In this document: one piece after another, positions 1 through 8,074 of the stretch
Layout: every line of letters starts with the position of its first letter
How positions within the stretch are numbered: position 1 is the first letter of the stretch
From: an uncultured bacterium
Lineage (GTDB): Bacteria; Bacillota; Clostridia; Oscillospirales; Acutalibacteraceae
Length of the DNA: 24,000 bases
Assembly (NCBI GenBank): GCA_934875675.1
Contig: CAKXIK010000019.1
Location: forward strand, 21,894-45,893
Reading direction: 5' to 3'
Made by a program: the position numbers and the translations under genes
The notes under the pieces: generated by a model
Told to the model about the DNA's origin: nothing
Seen by the model: the letters and a program-made list of their open reading frames with translations, nothing else
Databases searched by the model: none

Positions 1-239
1 GGTGCTTTTGGAGAACCAAGCTTAATGTCCTCCGCAACAGGAACACTTTCCACCACTTCAAACTCGAGGTGATTTGCAGCGGCTGCCGATTTGATTTTTG
101 CAATGCTTTCGTTGCTCCAGACACCTCCGGGTGCAACATCATAAACGGCGGATACGATGCCGCTCATGGTTGGGATCTGCTCGATTTTTTCCAGTGTGAC
201 GGGATCGCTCTCGCCGTACCATCGGAATGTCATTTTCAT
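1..239 (-). CDS. uxuA: Mannonate dehydratase, N-terminal 79 codons; the gene continues past the window start
   Basis: Absent from the ORF track because it runs off the edge. Reverse complement from the ATG at 239-237 reads MKMTFRWYGESDPVTLEKIEQIPTMSGIVSAVYDVAPGGVWSNESIAKIKSAAAANHLEFEVVESVPVAEDIKLG. This fits the conserved UxuA N-terminus (RWYG..DPV.L..I.Q...GIV.A......GEVW....VVESVP..EDIK). An AAAGGAA SD lies about 9 nt upstream. Confidence 0.8.
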   Translation of the reverse strand, partial: MKMTFRWYGESDPVTLEKIEQIPTMSGIVSAVYDVAPGGVWSNESIAKIKSAAAANHLEFEVVESVPVAEDIKLGSPKA

Positions 240-325
240 AGCAGTTGATTCCTTTCTTTTTGGAAATGATTTTTCAAAAGCCGAAAACGCGGGTTTTGTT
301 GGGACAAACCAGCAAAAAACAATCG

Positions 326-354
326 TTGTTTTGTTTCCGGCGATTTGTTATACT
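326..354 (+). promoter_or_regulatory. Candidate sigma-A promoter for the AraC-family gene: TTGTTT-N17-TATACT with an extended-10 TG
   Basis: TTGTTT at 326-331, TG at 346-347, TATACT at 349-354, about 85 nt upstream of the ATG at 442. Sequence motif only. Confidence 0.4.
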
Positions 355-441
355 AATACTAATTTCTCTTGAAACGGAAGATCAAAATCTTCGAAAAAGC
401 CGCTCTGACGCAGGAACGTGCTCAGTAAAAGGGTGAATAAA

Positions 442-1287
442 ATGTTATATTCTTACCAGGACAGTGGGCTCTATTTTCATCATTCCATGGATCAGTCCCC
501 AAGCGAAGCGCAATTTGTGATGCATGCACATGAAAACTGCGAGCTTTACTGCTTTTTGCGCGGCGAAGGGACTTATTTTGTAGAGGGCAATGAATACCGG
601 CTTTCTCCCGGGTGCATTCTGATTATGCGTCCCGGCGAAACACACAAGGCACAGCTTTCACCGTTGCATCCATATGAACGGGTGGCAATTCATTTTCCGC
701 CCAAACTTCTTGCGCAAATCGATGCACAGGAGGAGCTTTTGGTGCCGTTTTATGAGCGCCCTGTCGGCAAAATGAATCTTTATCGTCCCGAACAGTACGA
801 TGCATCATTTGTGAGTGCGTGCTTTGATGCAATGACGCATCCCGCAGGAGAAAGCGATGCGGCCCGCAGACTGGCAGTGGTGTGCAATTTGCCGCCCGTA
901 CTGATGGAGCTGCGCCGCACATTTGCAACCATTTACCACGGAGATAACGCCCTGCCCGAGGATGCAGCACAGCCGCAAACCCGAATTGGCAGCGTGGTGG
1001 AATATATCAACAGCAATCTGACTGCAGACTTGAATCTCAGTGACCTTGCTTCGCGTTTTTATGTCAGCAAGTCGTATCTGAATCAGCAGTTCCGGCAGGT
1101 GACGGGAACAACCGTCTGGAATTACATCCTGCTCAAACGGCTGATGATTGCGCGTGCAGCCATCCGCGAGGGAGCAGCCGTAACCGATGCTTTTGCCCGC
1201 AGCGGGTTTACCGATTATTCCGCGTTTTACCGCAGATACCGCGATCGGTTCGGCGTTTCCCCAAAGGATGATCTGCCCAAAAAATAA
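442..1287 (+). CDS. AraC family transcriptional regulator (N-terminal cupin-like sensor plus C-terminal AraC HTH)
   Basis: ORF 418..1287. I prefer the first ATG at 442 (MLYSYQ...) over the GTG at 418. The N-terminus is cupin-like (HAHENCELYCFLRGEGTYFVEGNEY). The C-terminus has a typical AraC HTH pair (LSDLASRFYVSKSYLNQQFRQVTGTTVWNYILLKRLMIARAAI...GFTDYSAFYRRYRDRFGVSP). Confidence 0.85.
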   Translation: MLYSYQDSGLYFHHSMDQSPSEAQFVMHAHENCELYCFLRGEGTYFVEGNEYRLSPGCILIMRPGETHKAQLSPLHPYERVAIHFPPKLLAQIDAQEELLVPFYERPVGKMNLYRPEQYDASFVSACFDAMTHPAGESDAARRLAVVCNLPPVLMELRRTFATIYHGDNALPEDAAQPQTRIGSVVEYINSNLTADLNLSDLASRFYVSKSYLNQQFRQVTGTTVWNYILLKRLMIARAAIREGAAVTDAFARSGFTDYSAFYRRYRDRFGVSPKDDLPKK

Positions 1288-1290
1288 GTA

Positions 1291-2457
1291 TTATTTTGCG
1301 CCGTAGGACCCCGCAGTGGAGGCGGTTACTTCAGCCACCTCATCTTTGTGGCGGGAAGTCCGGATGCGCTGCTGCAATTGCTCATAATAATGGTCCTCAT
1401 CAAGCGGAAGTTCAACCCAACGATCACCCTCCCAGGAGCTGAGGAAAGCGGCGTTGCTGATGGTAAGCCCGTTGATGCCCTCTTCGCCCGGGGCAAGCAG
1501 CGCAGAACCGTCCAGCAGAGCATCAACATAGTTGTTGAGGATGCCGACGTGCATAGGAATTTTCCCTTCCAGGGGAAATTCCTCGGCAGTTGCTTCCGGT
1601 GTACCGAAGATTTTGTCTGTTTCAAAGCAGAATTTTCGCTCGGGTACGCTCAGCTTCCAGAACGTGAGTTTGTTGTCCTCAATCACAACCTTACCGCGGT
1701 CACCGCTGATTTCCAGGCGGTTTGTGCCAGGGCATTCCGCAGTGGTGGTAATAAAGCTGCCGGTTGCGCCGTTGGGATATTCTGCATAGATTGTGACGTC
1801 GTCTTCCACTTCAATATCGTGGTATTTCCCAACGTAGCAGGAAGCACGAATTCGGCTGGGCATTCCGAAAATCCATTGCCACAAATCCAGGTTGTGTGGA
1901 CACTGATTCAGCAGTACGCCGCCGCCCTCGCCTGCCCAGGTTGCGCGCCAGCCGCCGGAGTTGTAATATGCCTGCGAACGGTACCAATCGGTAATAATCC
2001 AGATGCAGCGTTTCAGTTCGCCCAGTTCGCCGCTTTGCACCAGCTGCCGTGCTTTTTGATAAAGCGGGTTGGTGCGTTGATTGTACATGATTCCGAACAG
2101 CTTTCCGCTTTGCTTTGCCGCTTCGTTCATTTCGCGGACAGCCTTGGTGTAAACACCGGCGGGTTTTTCTGTCAGAACGTTCAGTCCCGCGGCAAATGCC
2201 TCTTTGGCGATTACCGGGTGAAGATAATGCGGTGTTGCAATTAATACAACATCCACCAGACCGCTGCCCAGCAGCTCGTGATAGTCGGTAAACGCGGCGG
2301 CAGTCGGACAGACTTTTTGCGCTGCCTCCAGACGATCCTGCTTCAAATCACAAATTGCAGTCAGCTCTGCGCGGGCAACTTCATCGCCGGAAATCCATTG
2401 AACGTGACTGGAACCCATATTGCCAAGACCAATTACGCCAAAACGGACTCGATCCAT
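1291..2457 (-). CDS. Gfo/Idh/MocA family NAD(P)-dependent oxidoreductase
   Basis: ORF 1291..2487. It has an N-terminal Rossmann motif (RFGVIGLGNMGSSH), the family motif VLTEKP and a C-terminal alpha/beta domain. The likely start is the ATG at 2457 (MDRVRFGVIG), with an AGAAAGGAA SD about 11 nt upstream. The GTG at 2487 is the ORF-track start. Confidence 0.85.
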   Translation of the reverse strand: MDRVRFGVIGLGNMGSSHVQWISGDEVARAELTAICDLKQDRLEAAQKVCPTAAAFTDYHELLGSGLVDVVLIATPHYLHPVIAKEAFAAGLNVLTEKPAGVYTKAVREMNEAAKQSGKLFGIMYNQRTNPLYQKARQLVQSGELGELKRCIWIITDWYRSQAYYNSGGWRATWAGEGGGVLLNQCPHNLDLWQWIFGMPSRIRASCYVGKYHDIEVEDDVTIYAEYPNGATGSFITTTAECPGTNRLEISGDRGKVVIEDNKLTFWKLSVPERKFCFETDKIFGTPEATAEEFPLEGKIPMHVGILNNYVDALLDGSALLAPGEEGINGLTISNAAFLSSWEGDRWVELPLDEDHYYEQLQQRIRTSRHKDEVAEVTASTAGSYGAK

Positions 2458-2494
2458 AGTTGTGACCATTCCTTTCTGCTTAACCACAAATTTG

Positions 2495-2522
2495 AAGTTT
2501 GAAAGATTTATTTTTCAAACTT
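2495..2522. promoter_or_regulatory. Perfect 10-bp inverted repeat AAGTTTGAAA-N8-TTTCAAACTT upstream of the oxidoreductase start; candidate operator or 5' UTR hairpin
   Basis: Arms at 2495-2504 and 2513-2522, read directly from the sequence, about 40-65 nt upstream of the minus-strand start at 2457. Confidence 0.3.
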
Positions 2523-2673
2523 TCTCCCCCTATTGTCATTTTCTGAATGCGCATTGGTTCCCCTATGTTATCTTTAGTGTATCTCAATTGCTTTGGCAAT
2601 TCAATTGTTAAAAAGAGCAAGAAACATTGCTAAAATAAATTTATTTGCTTTTATTTTGTAACCACTTTGTAAT

Positions 2674-2702
2674 TTGACATAATTTAGGTGATATGACATA
2701 AT
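2674..2702 (+). promoter_or_regulatory. Candidate sigma-A promoter for the vanW-dltA-dltC operon: TTGACA-N17-CATAAT with an extended-10 TG
   Basis: TTGACA at 2674-2679, TG at 2694-2695, CATAAT at 2697-2702, about 70 nt upstream of the ATG at 2772. Confidence 0.5.
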
Positions 2703-2771
2703 AAACTTAATATAAACGCGGTAAACGAAGCCGTTCAACAGGTCTGCTGCGTTCAAAAGGGATGATGGGGC

Positions 2772-3632
2772 ATGGTGAAGCAAAAACGTAAATTGTTTTG
2801 TGAGTTTGGTCCCGTTTGTTATCAGATTGCAGCCGCAAAGGAATGCTTGCGGCGTACGGTTTCCGACTGTGTTCGCAGGGTCCCGCTGGCAAAAAACAAG
2901 GACAGCCGGCTTTTGCCCGAGGTGTGGAAAAGCCATTCTTCCGTTTTGATTCGTCAATTGGTGGGAGTAGACCCCGACTTGCAGAAAAGCAAGGTTAAAA
3001 ACCTGTGGATTGCGGGGCAAAAACTGAATGGTCTGGTGGTTTGGCCGGGTGAAGTGTTTTCATTTTGGAAAACAGTGGGGCGGTGCACAAAACGGCGCGG
3101 ATACCAGCAGGGAATGACGATTCTGGTGGATCATGTGGGGAGCGGGATCGGCGGAGGACTTTGTCAGATGGCGAATCTGATTCATTATATGGTGCTGCAC
3201 ACACCGCTTGCTGTGACAGAACTGCACCATCACAGCGATGCACTTTTTCCCGATTCCGGACGGCACGTTCCGTTTGGCACAGGCACCTCGGTGTTTTATA
3301 AAAATGTGGATTATCGTTTTTGCAATACAACGCAGTATCCGGTTCAACTGCACATTTGGCAGGATGATGAATTTCTTTACGGAGAGCTGCGCAGTATTTG
3401 CCCGTTGGGAGAAAAATACCGCCTGGAGGAGCAACAGAGCGGGTTTGTTGCCGAAGGTGAGGATTGGTATCGCGTGAGTGAAGTTTACCGCACGGTTACC
3501 AACCGACAGACAGGTGAACAGATTCGGCGAGAGCTTATTTTAAAAAATCACTCCCGCGTGCTTTATGATTCCGGGTTAATTCCATCGGATCAGATTTTGA
3601 AACGGCTGGATTGCAAGAATCTGCAGGCCTAA
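2772..3632 (+). CDS. VanW family protein
   Basis: 286-aa ORF. The core FSFWKTVGRCTKRRGYQQGMTILVDHVGSGIGGGLCQMANLIHYMVLHTPLAVTELHHHS matches the VanW-domain signature (GGG.CQ ... H.HS). Confidence 0.75.
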   Translation: MVKQKRKLFCEFGPVCYQIAAAKECLRRTVSDCVRRVPLAKNKDSRLLPEVWKSHSSVLIRQLVGVDPDLQKSKVKNLWIAGQKLNGLVVWPGEVFSFWKTVGRCTKRRGYQQGMTILVDHVGSGIGGGLCQMANLIHYMVLHTPLAVTELHHHSDALFPDSGRHVPFGTGTSVFYKNVDYRFCNTTQYPVQLHIWQDDEFLYGELRSICPLGEKYRLEEQQSGFVAEGEDWYRVSEVYRTVTNRQTGEQIRRELILKNHSRVLYDSGLIPSDQILKRLDCKNLQA

Positions 3633-3662
3633 GCAATTGGGTCACGAAAAGAGGGATCAGCC

Positions 3663-5159
3663 ATGATTTTTCAACAGATTCGGCAGGCTTTTTTGCATGG
3701 TGCAGAGAAGCCTGCATTTCGTTGTGCACAGGGGACAATTTCTTATGAACAGTTGGGAAAGGCGACCGAGGCATTCAGATTGCAGGCACAACCTTTATAC
3801 GGCAAAGGGCCAATTGTGATCTGGGGCAAAAAACAATGTTTTTTCCCTGCAGCAATTCTGGGGTGTGCTTTTGCGGGGGTGTGCTATCTTCCGGTAGAAA
3901 GCAGCACTCCCCTGCTTCGGCTGCAATCCCTGCTGAGTGAAGCAAAACCCTGTGCCGTGTGGGCGTTTGATTTCTTTCCCTGCGCCGCGCCGTGTCCGGT
4001 TTTAAATGCTGCAGAAGTGCAGGCCGGAAACGAATTTCCGCCGGAAGTAAATTTTCCGGGCAACTCCGTGCTTTATCAGCTCTATACCTCGGGAAGCACC
4101 GGTGTTCCAAAAGGCGTTGCCATTACAAGAGATAATCTTAATTGTTTTGCACGGTGGATGCAGTCATGGTGCAAGCCAACCCCAACGGTAATTATCAATC
4201 AGGCATCCTTTTCATTTGATCTTTCGGTTGCCGATTTTTATCAGGCGTTTTCAACCGGAGCCTGTCTGGTTGCGCTGGAGTCGGAGGTGCAGCAAAATTT
4301 TTTAAACCTGTTTTCGGTTCTTGGGCAAAGCGGTGCGCAGTTAATGGTGTGTACGCCGTCATTTGCCTCAATGCTGTTGTCGGATAAATCCTTTGAACGA
4401 GCATGGATGGAGGAGCTTTCTGCCATATTTTTTTGCGGTGAAACGCTGCATACAGAAACCGTGCGTGCTTTGTGGAAGCGTTTTCCGGGAATACGCATTA
4501 TCAATGCATATGGTCCCACAGAATGCACCGTAGCTGTAACGGCGGCAGAAATTTTGCCAGAGCATTTAGAAAAAGACTCCCTACCCGTTGGAACCGTTCG
4601 ACCCGGAACCTCCGTTCTGATTTGCTCACAAAGCAGCATTGGCGGACACAAGAAAATTCTCCCTCTGCCTGATGGAACAGAAGGAGAGATTGTCATTCAG
4701 GGGGAGGGTGTTTCCCCCGGTTATACCAATGTGAAGTCAGCAGCGTTTGACGTGCTGGATGGTGCACCTGCTTATTTTACAGGAGACCGCGGATTTTTGA
4801 AGAATAATCTGCTTTACTTTTGTGGCAGGGCAGACCGCCAGGTTAAGCTGCACGGCTTTCGCGTAGAGCTTGATGATGTGGAAATGAATCTTTTGGCGCT
4901 GCCCCAAATTGCACAAGGGGCCGTTGTTGCCGAAAAGGATGATTACGGTGCCGTAAAACGGCTCCGGGCATTTGCAGTATTGCATCCGGATGCAGATTGT
5001 TCAGCAGCAGCAGTGCGCAAAAAACTATCCGAACGGCTTGCCGCATATATGGTACCGGTGGTGATGCTGATTGACAAAATGCCGCTCAATCAAAATGGAA
5101 AGATTGACCGAGACGCTTTGCTGGATATCAGCAGACGTGGAAAGGAAGCTTTGCGATGA
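3663..5159 (+). CDS. dltA: D-alanine--D-alanyl carrier protein ligase-like adenylating enzyme (DltA type)
   Basis: 498 aa. It carries the AMP-binding motifs YTSGSTGVPKGV, YGPTECTVAVT, YFTGDRG and GRADRQVKLHGFRVELDDVE. The DltA-typical NQASFSFDLSVADFY, CTPSF and FCGE blocks and the terminal NGKIDR are also present. An AAAGAGGGA SD precedes the ATG. Confidence 0.85.
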   Translation: MIFQQIRQAFLHGAEKPAFRCAQGTISYEQLGKATEAFRLQAQPLYGKGPIVIWGKKQCFFPAAILGCAFAGVCYLPVESSTPLLRLQSLLSEAKPCAVWAFDFFPCAAPCPVLNAAEVQAGNEFPPEVNFPGNSVLYQLYTSGSTGVPKGVAITRDNLNCFARWMQSWCKPTPTVIINQASFSFDLSVADFYQAFSTGACLVALESEVQQNFLNLFSVLGQSGAQLMVCTPSFASMLLSDKSFERAWMEELSAIFFCGETLHTETVRALWKRFPGIRIINAYGPTECTVAVTAAEILPEHLEKDSLPVGTVRPGTSVLICSQSSIGGHKKILPLPDGTEGEIVIQGEGVSPGYTNVKSAAFDVLDGAPAYFTGDRGFLKNNLLYFCGRADRQVKLHGFRVELDDVEMNLLALPQIAQGAVVAEKDDYGAVKRLRAFAVLHPDADCSAAAVRKKLSERLAAYMVPVVMLIDKMPLNQNGKIDRDALLDISRRGKEALR

Positions 5160-5488
5160 AACAGAATACAGCGCTTGAACAGGAGTTGCTGCAATTGCTT
5201 GCCCGCGTGTGTGGCGATGATTGTTTTTTGCAGGATTGTGATGTTGACCTGCTGGAATCGGGAATTCTGGATTCTTTGGCGCGGGTGGAATGGCTCAATG
5301 CAGTAGAAGATCAATTTGGAACGGCACCGCAGCCAACGCAGATTCCCCCGGAAGTGTGGCACAACGCCCAGAAACTCGTAAGATTGTGCGAATCGTTTCT
5401 TGCAGAGAAAACTGCAGCTGAGATCACGGCACAGCGGGAGAATCCTCTTCTTCCGGCGACGGAGAAAGCTGGGGTAAAAACCGAATAA
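5156..5488 (+). CDS. dltC: DltC-like D-alanyl/acyl carrier protein with a C-terminal extension of about 30 aa
   Basis: The start ATG overlaps the dltA stop (ATGA at 5156-5159), indicating translational coupling. A phosphopantetheine-site motif is present (DLLESGILDSLARVEWLNAVEDQFG). At 110 aa it is longer than the roughly 80 aa typical of DltC. Confidence 0.65.
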   Translation: MKQNTALEQELLQLLARVCGDDCFLQDCDVDLLESGILDSLARVEWLNAVEDQFGTAPQPTQIPPEVWHNAQKLVRLCESFLAEKTAAEITAQRENPLLPATEKAGVKTE

Positions 5489-6785
5489 TCAGGATGGCGC
5501 AGATCAGATTCAGCACACCCTGTACAATTACAAGCAACTGAACCGCCGTCAATTCAGAGCCGAATAGCCATACGGTTTGCCCGTTCATTCCTTTAATAAA
5601 GAGTGTTCCGATAAACTGACCAAAGAATGCAACGAGATTTGCCATCAGGAAGTAAAACGACATGTAATAGGTCTGATCCTCGCGCGGGGTGTTGATGTAC
5701 GGAAAATTAGCCCATGTCAGGTTTAGCCCCACACCAAGCGCGTGCTGGCAAATGCGAACGAGCGGGTAAAGCCAAATGCAGTTTCCTTCGCTGATGAATG
5801 CGGATGCAAATACCGTGGGAACATTCATAAATGCAGCAATCGCAAAGGTTTTGAACCAGGACTGATGCTTGAGTACGCGCTGCCAGTATGGCGTTAAAAT
5901 CAGCAGGAAAAAGCCGTAAATAAACGACAGTACATTAATCATTGTCACACCCGTGTGTGCGGTGTTGAGCAAATAATAAGTCCACGAGGATGCAGGCAGG
6001 TTGGCAAGGAACGTCCAGAATGCGATCAGGCCCATCGTCAACACAAATTTGCGGTTGCGAAACGGCAGCCGAAATACATTGAGCAGCCGGATGCGGCTTT
6101 CTCGGTGGGGATACGCATATTCCCGCGGTAGTGCAAGAAAGGTGACATCTGCCGCAGCAAGGCAAAAGCCCGCCAGACGCAGAATTGTCAGCACCGTTGC
6201 CTCATTGGGAGAACCGCGCAGCGAATCGGCAAGCAAACCCGAGCCAATCAGCGCAACTCCGGAGAGCAGTGCGGTAATCATCTGCTGATAGGAAAGATAT
6301 CGTGCGCGAACCGAGTTTGGAATAAAGTTCAGATGCCAGACCGAATATCCGCTCGTGAACAGATTATTCACCAGACTTGCAATGAACACCACTGCACCAA
6401 AACAGAACAGCTTTGCGCCCTGATCCTTGATGACATACGGTAAAAAAGTAAGGCCCAGAATATTAATGATATAATAGGCAAGCCTGCCGCCAGCCAGAAC
6501 CCAGCGCCGCTTTTGGAATCGCTCCAGAATCATGGGAGAAAAGATGCTGAAGCAGGAGGCAATCAACGGCAAAAAGGTGATCACACCGGCATCGACAATA
6601 GAAAAATTGTTAACCGTTAAAAATGCGGTATAAAGGGTTCCTGCGGTTAAATCAGAGACCAGCGTGGAAAGAACTGCCGAGGCGAGCATGCAGCAGCGTC
6701 CCTTAGCTTTTTCGTCATGCCAGTTGAAAACGGTAAACAAATCCAGATAGCGCAGGTTTCTCAGCTTTGGGAGCTTCATTGCCAT
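5424..6785 (-). CDS. MFS-type transporter (about 12 TM)
   Basis: ORF 5424..6806, where the track start is a TTG. I prefer the ATG at 6785 (MAMKLPK...), with an AAGAGGGA SD 7 nt upstream. The protein is polytopic and hydrophobic, with a basic loop after TM2 (ILERFQKRRWVLAGG) and an MFS-like second half (RARYLSYQQMITALLSGVALIGSGLLAD). Its 3' end overlaps dltC by 65 nt. Confidence 0.65.
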   Translation of the reverse strand: MAMKLPKLRNLRYLDLFTVFNWHDEKAKGRCCMLASAVLSTLVSDLTAGTLYTAFLTVNNFSIVDAGVITFLPLIASCFSIFSPMILERFQKRRWVLAGGRLAYYIINILGLTFLPYVIKDQGAKLFCFGAVVFIASLVNNLFTSGYSVWHLNFIPNSVRARYLSYQQMITALLSGVALIGSGLLADSLRGSPNEATVLTILRLAGFCLAAADVTFLALPREYAYPHRESRIRLLNVFRLPFRNRKFVLTMGLIAFWTFLANLPASSWTYYLLNTAHTGVTMINVLSFIYGFFLLILTPYWQRVLKHQSWFKTFAIAAFMNVPTVFASAFISEGNCIWLYPLVRICQHALGVGLNLTWANFPYINTPREDQTYYMSFYFLMANLVAFFGQFIGTLFIKGMNGQTVWLFGSELTAVQLLVIVQGVLNLICAILIIRFLPQLSPSPEEEDSPAVP

Positions 6786-7098
6786 ATGGAAATCCCTCTT
6801 TTCCAAATAAAAACGGCCGCATTTTTGTAAAGCATTAAAAATTAATGATACAAAAATACGACCGGCAAATTTGCATTAACAAAAATCAATATCTGATTTC
6901 AAGGTCATTATAGCGAATCGATTCGGTAAAGTCAAGCGCGTTAGAGAAGAAACCGGCAAAGTTTCAAGAGTTTGTCGGAAAGCCAGTGGATGCTACAAAT
7001 TTTAAAAATTAAATTGTAAAATACGACTGAAAATTACGCTTGGCAACAACCGTTTTCTGTTTTTACTTGCGGGTGCTGCATAGCTGTGGTAAAATAAA

Positions 7099-7380
7099 AT
7101 GCATATGGAAAAGAAAGGGGTGTTCGGCTTGCTCACAAGAAAATTCGGCTTTACGCTGGAGGTAGATATTCACGGAATGCGCGTTATGCAGGCGCAGGAT
7201 GAGCTGGAACGGCTGATTGCCCGCTGCGGAAGTGATGTGCATGAAATCGTTGTAATTCACGGCTATCACGGTGGAAATGCGCTCCAGAACATGGTGCGTA
7301 ATGATCTGCACAGCACAAAGATTCTGCGAAGAGAGCTTTCGCTCAATAACGGTCAGACCGTGCTGATTTTGCGGCACTAA
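7099..7380 (+). CDS. Small stand-alone Smr domain protein
   Basis: LEVDIHGMRVMQAQDELERLIARCGSDVHEIVVIHGYHGGNALQNMV fits the Smr pattern (LDLHG....A...L.......IIHG.G.G.L). The start is uncertain: ATG 7099, ATG 7105, or TTG 7129 behind a GAAAGGGG SD. Confidence 0.6.
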   Translation: MHMEKKGVFGLLTRKFGFTLEVDIHGMRVMQAQDELERLIARCGSDVHEIVVIHGYHGGNALQNMVRNDLHSTKILRRELSLNNGQTVLILRH

Positions 7381-7970
7381 TTTTCTTGCGAAGGGGAGCT
7401 TTGCTCGTCGAGTGTCAGAGAATAGGACGGAAGGAAGTTTTCGCAGAAAAAGCTTACGCTTTGCAGGGTGCTTTTTTGCAGTGCATTGCGGAGAGAAACC
7501 TCCGCGCTGGCAAAATCCTGATTCCCCATCCGCTGCTCTTCAATGCACTTAATTAGGGCAGAAAGCTTGTCGGCTGCTTTCACAATCTCCTTTTCTCGCC
7601 CTTCCTCGCGCAGCAGCGGGTCATAAATTGCCCGAAGCTCCTGCGGAAGCATTGCAAGCAGCCGATTAGCGGCGGCGTTTTCCACATTCCGATAAGCTTC
7701 GCGCAATTCGGTGCTATAATATTTTACAGGGGTCGGCAAATCACCGGTAATGATTTCGGTGGTATCATGAAAAAGTGCCAGAGCGGCTGCGCGGTCAGGG
7801 TCATAATCCCCGCCAAAATACTGGTTTTCAATCACCGCAAGCGCATGTGCCAGCACGGCGGTTTCGTGGCTGTGCTCACTCAGGCTTTCGTGGTGTGTGT
7901 TGCGCATCAATCCCCAGCGGTTGATGTGCTTCATGCGTGAGGTCATGGCAAAAAAATGATGATTTTTCAT
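7377..7970 (-). CDS. yfbR: HD-domain 5'-deoxynucleotidase, YfbR-like
   Basis: MKNHHFFAMTSRMKHINRWGLMRNTHHESLSEHSHETAVLAHALA...LFHDTTEIITGDLPTPVKYY aligns closely by eye with E. coli YfbR as I recall it ([28 protein letters not shown]...YHDASEVLTGDLPTPVKYF). Confidence 0.85.
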   Translation of the reverse strand: MKNHHFFAMTSRMKHINRWGLMRNTHHESLSEHSHETAVLAHALAVIENQYFGGDYDPDRAAALALFHDTTEIITGDLPTPVKYYSTELREAYRNVENAAANRLLAMLPQELRAIYDPLLREEGREKEIVKAADKLSALIKCIEEQRMGNQDFASAEVSLRNALQKSTLQSVSFFCENFLPSYSLTLDEQSSPSQEN

Positions 7971-8074
7971 TTTGCGGTCTGTCCTTTCGGAAGATGATGG
8001 TCTGCCGTTTCAAGATCAATTGGCATTACGCGGCAAGGCAAGCCGTCAAGCAATTGCTTGTAATTTTTGAGGGG

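Noticed and set aside
348-360. 13-mer TTATACTAATACT shared between the AraC/uxuA intergenic region (348-360) and the fucosidase upstream region (19718-19730). A related TTATACTAAT lies at 15033-15042
   Set aside because: By my rough estimate, several exact 13-mer matches are expected by chance in 24 kb when both strands are counted, and more in AT-rich spacers. The shared part also looks like an ordinary -10 element (TATACT). It is a possible common sugar-regulon operator, but the evidence is insufficient.
1348-2244. 298-aa plus-strand ORF, with nested ORFs at 1326..1625 (-) and 1532..1789 (+)
   Set aside because: It is antisense to, or out of frame within, the well-supported Gfo/Idh/MocA gene. 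The translation is low-complexity with no recognisable motif and no SD.
6914-6925. Perfect 12-bp palindrome CGAATCGATTCG in the MFS/Smr intergenic region, plus an AAAATACGAC direct repeat near 6853 and 7019
   Set aside because: Palindromes with 6-bp half-sites and 10-mer repeats are expected several times by chance in a window this size. Neither is positioned relative to a recognisable promoter.
7937-8074. 5' extensions of track ORFs. The same issue applies at 15459..15575, 19775..19864, 418..441, 2458..2487 and 6786..6806
   Set aside because: The extended N-termini overlap neighbouring genes, the riboswitch/terminator or promoter-like DNA, and they lack an SD. Internal ATGs with a proper SD give N-termini that match the family.
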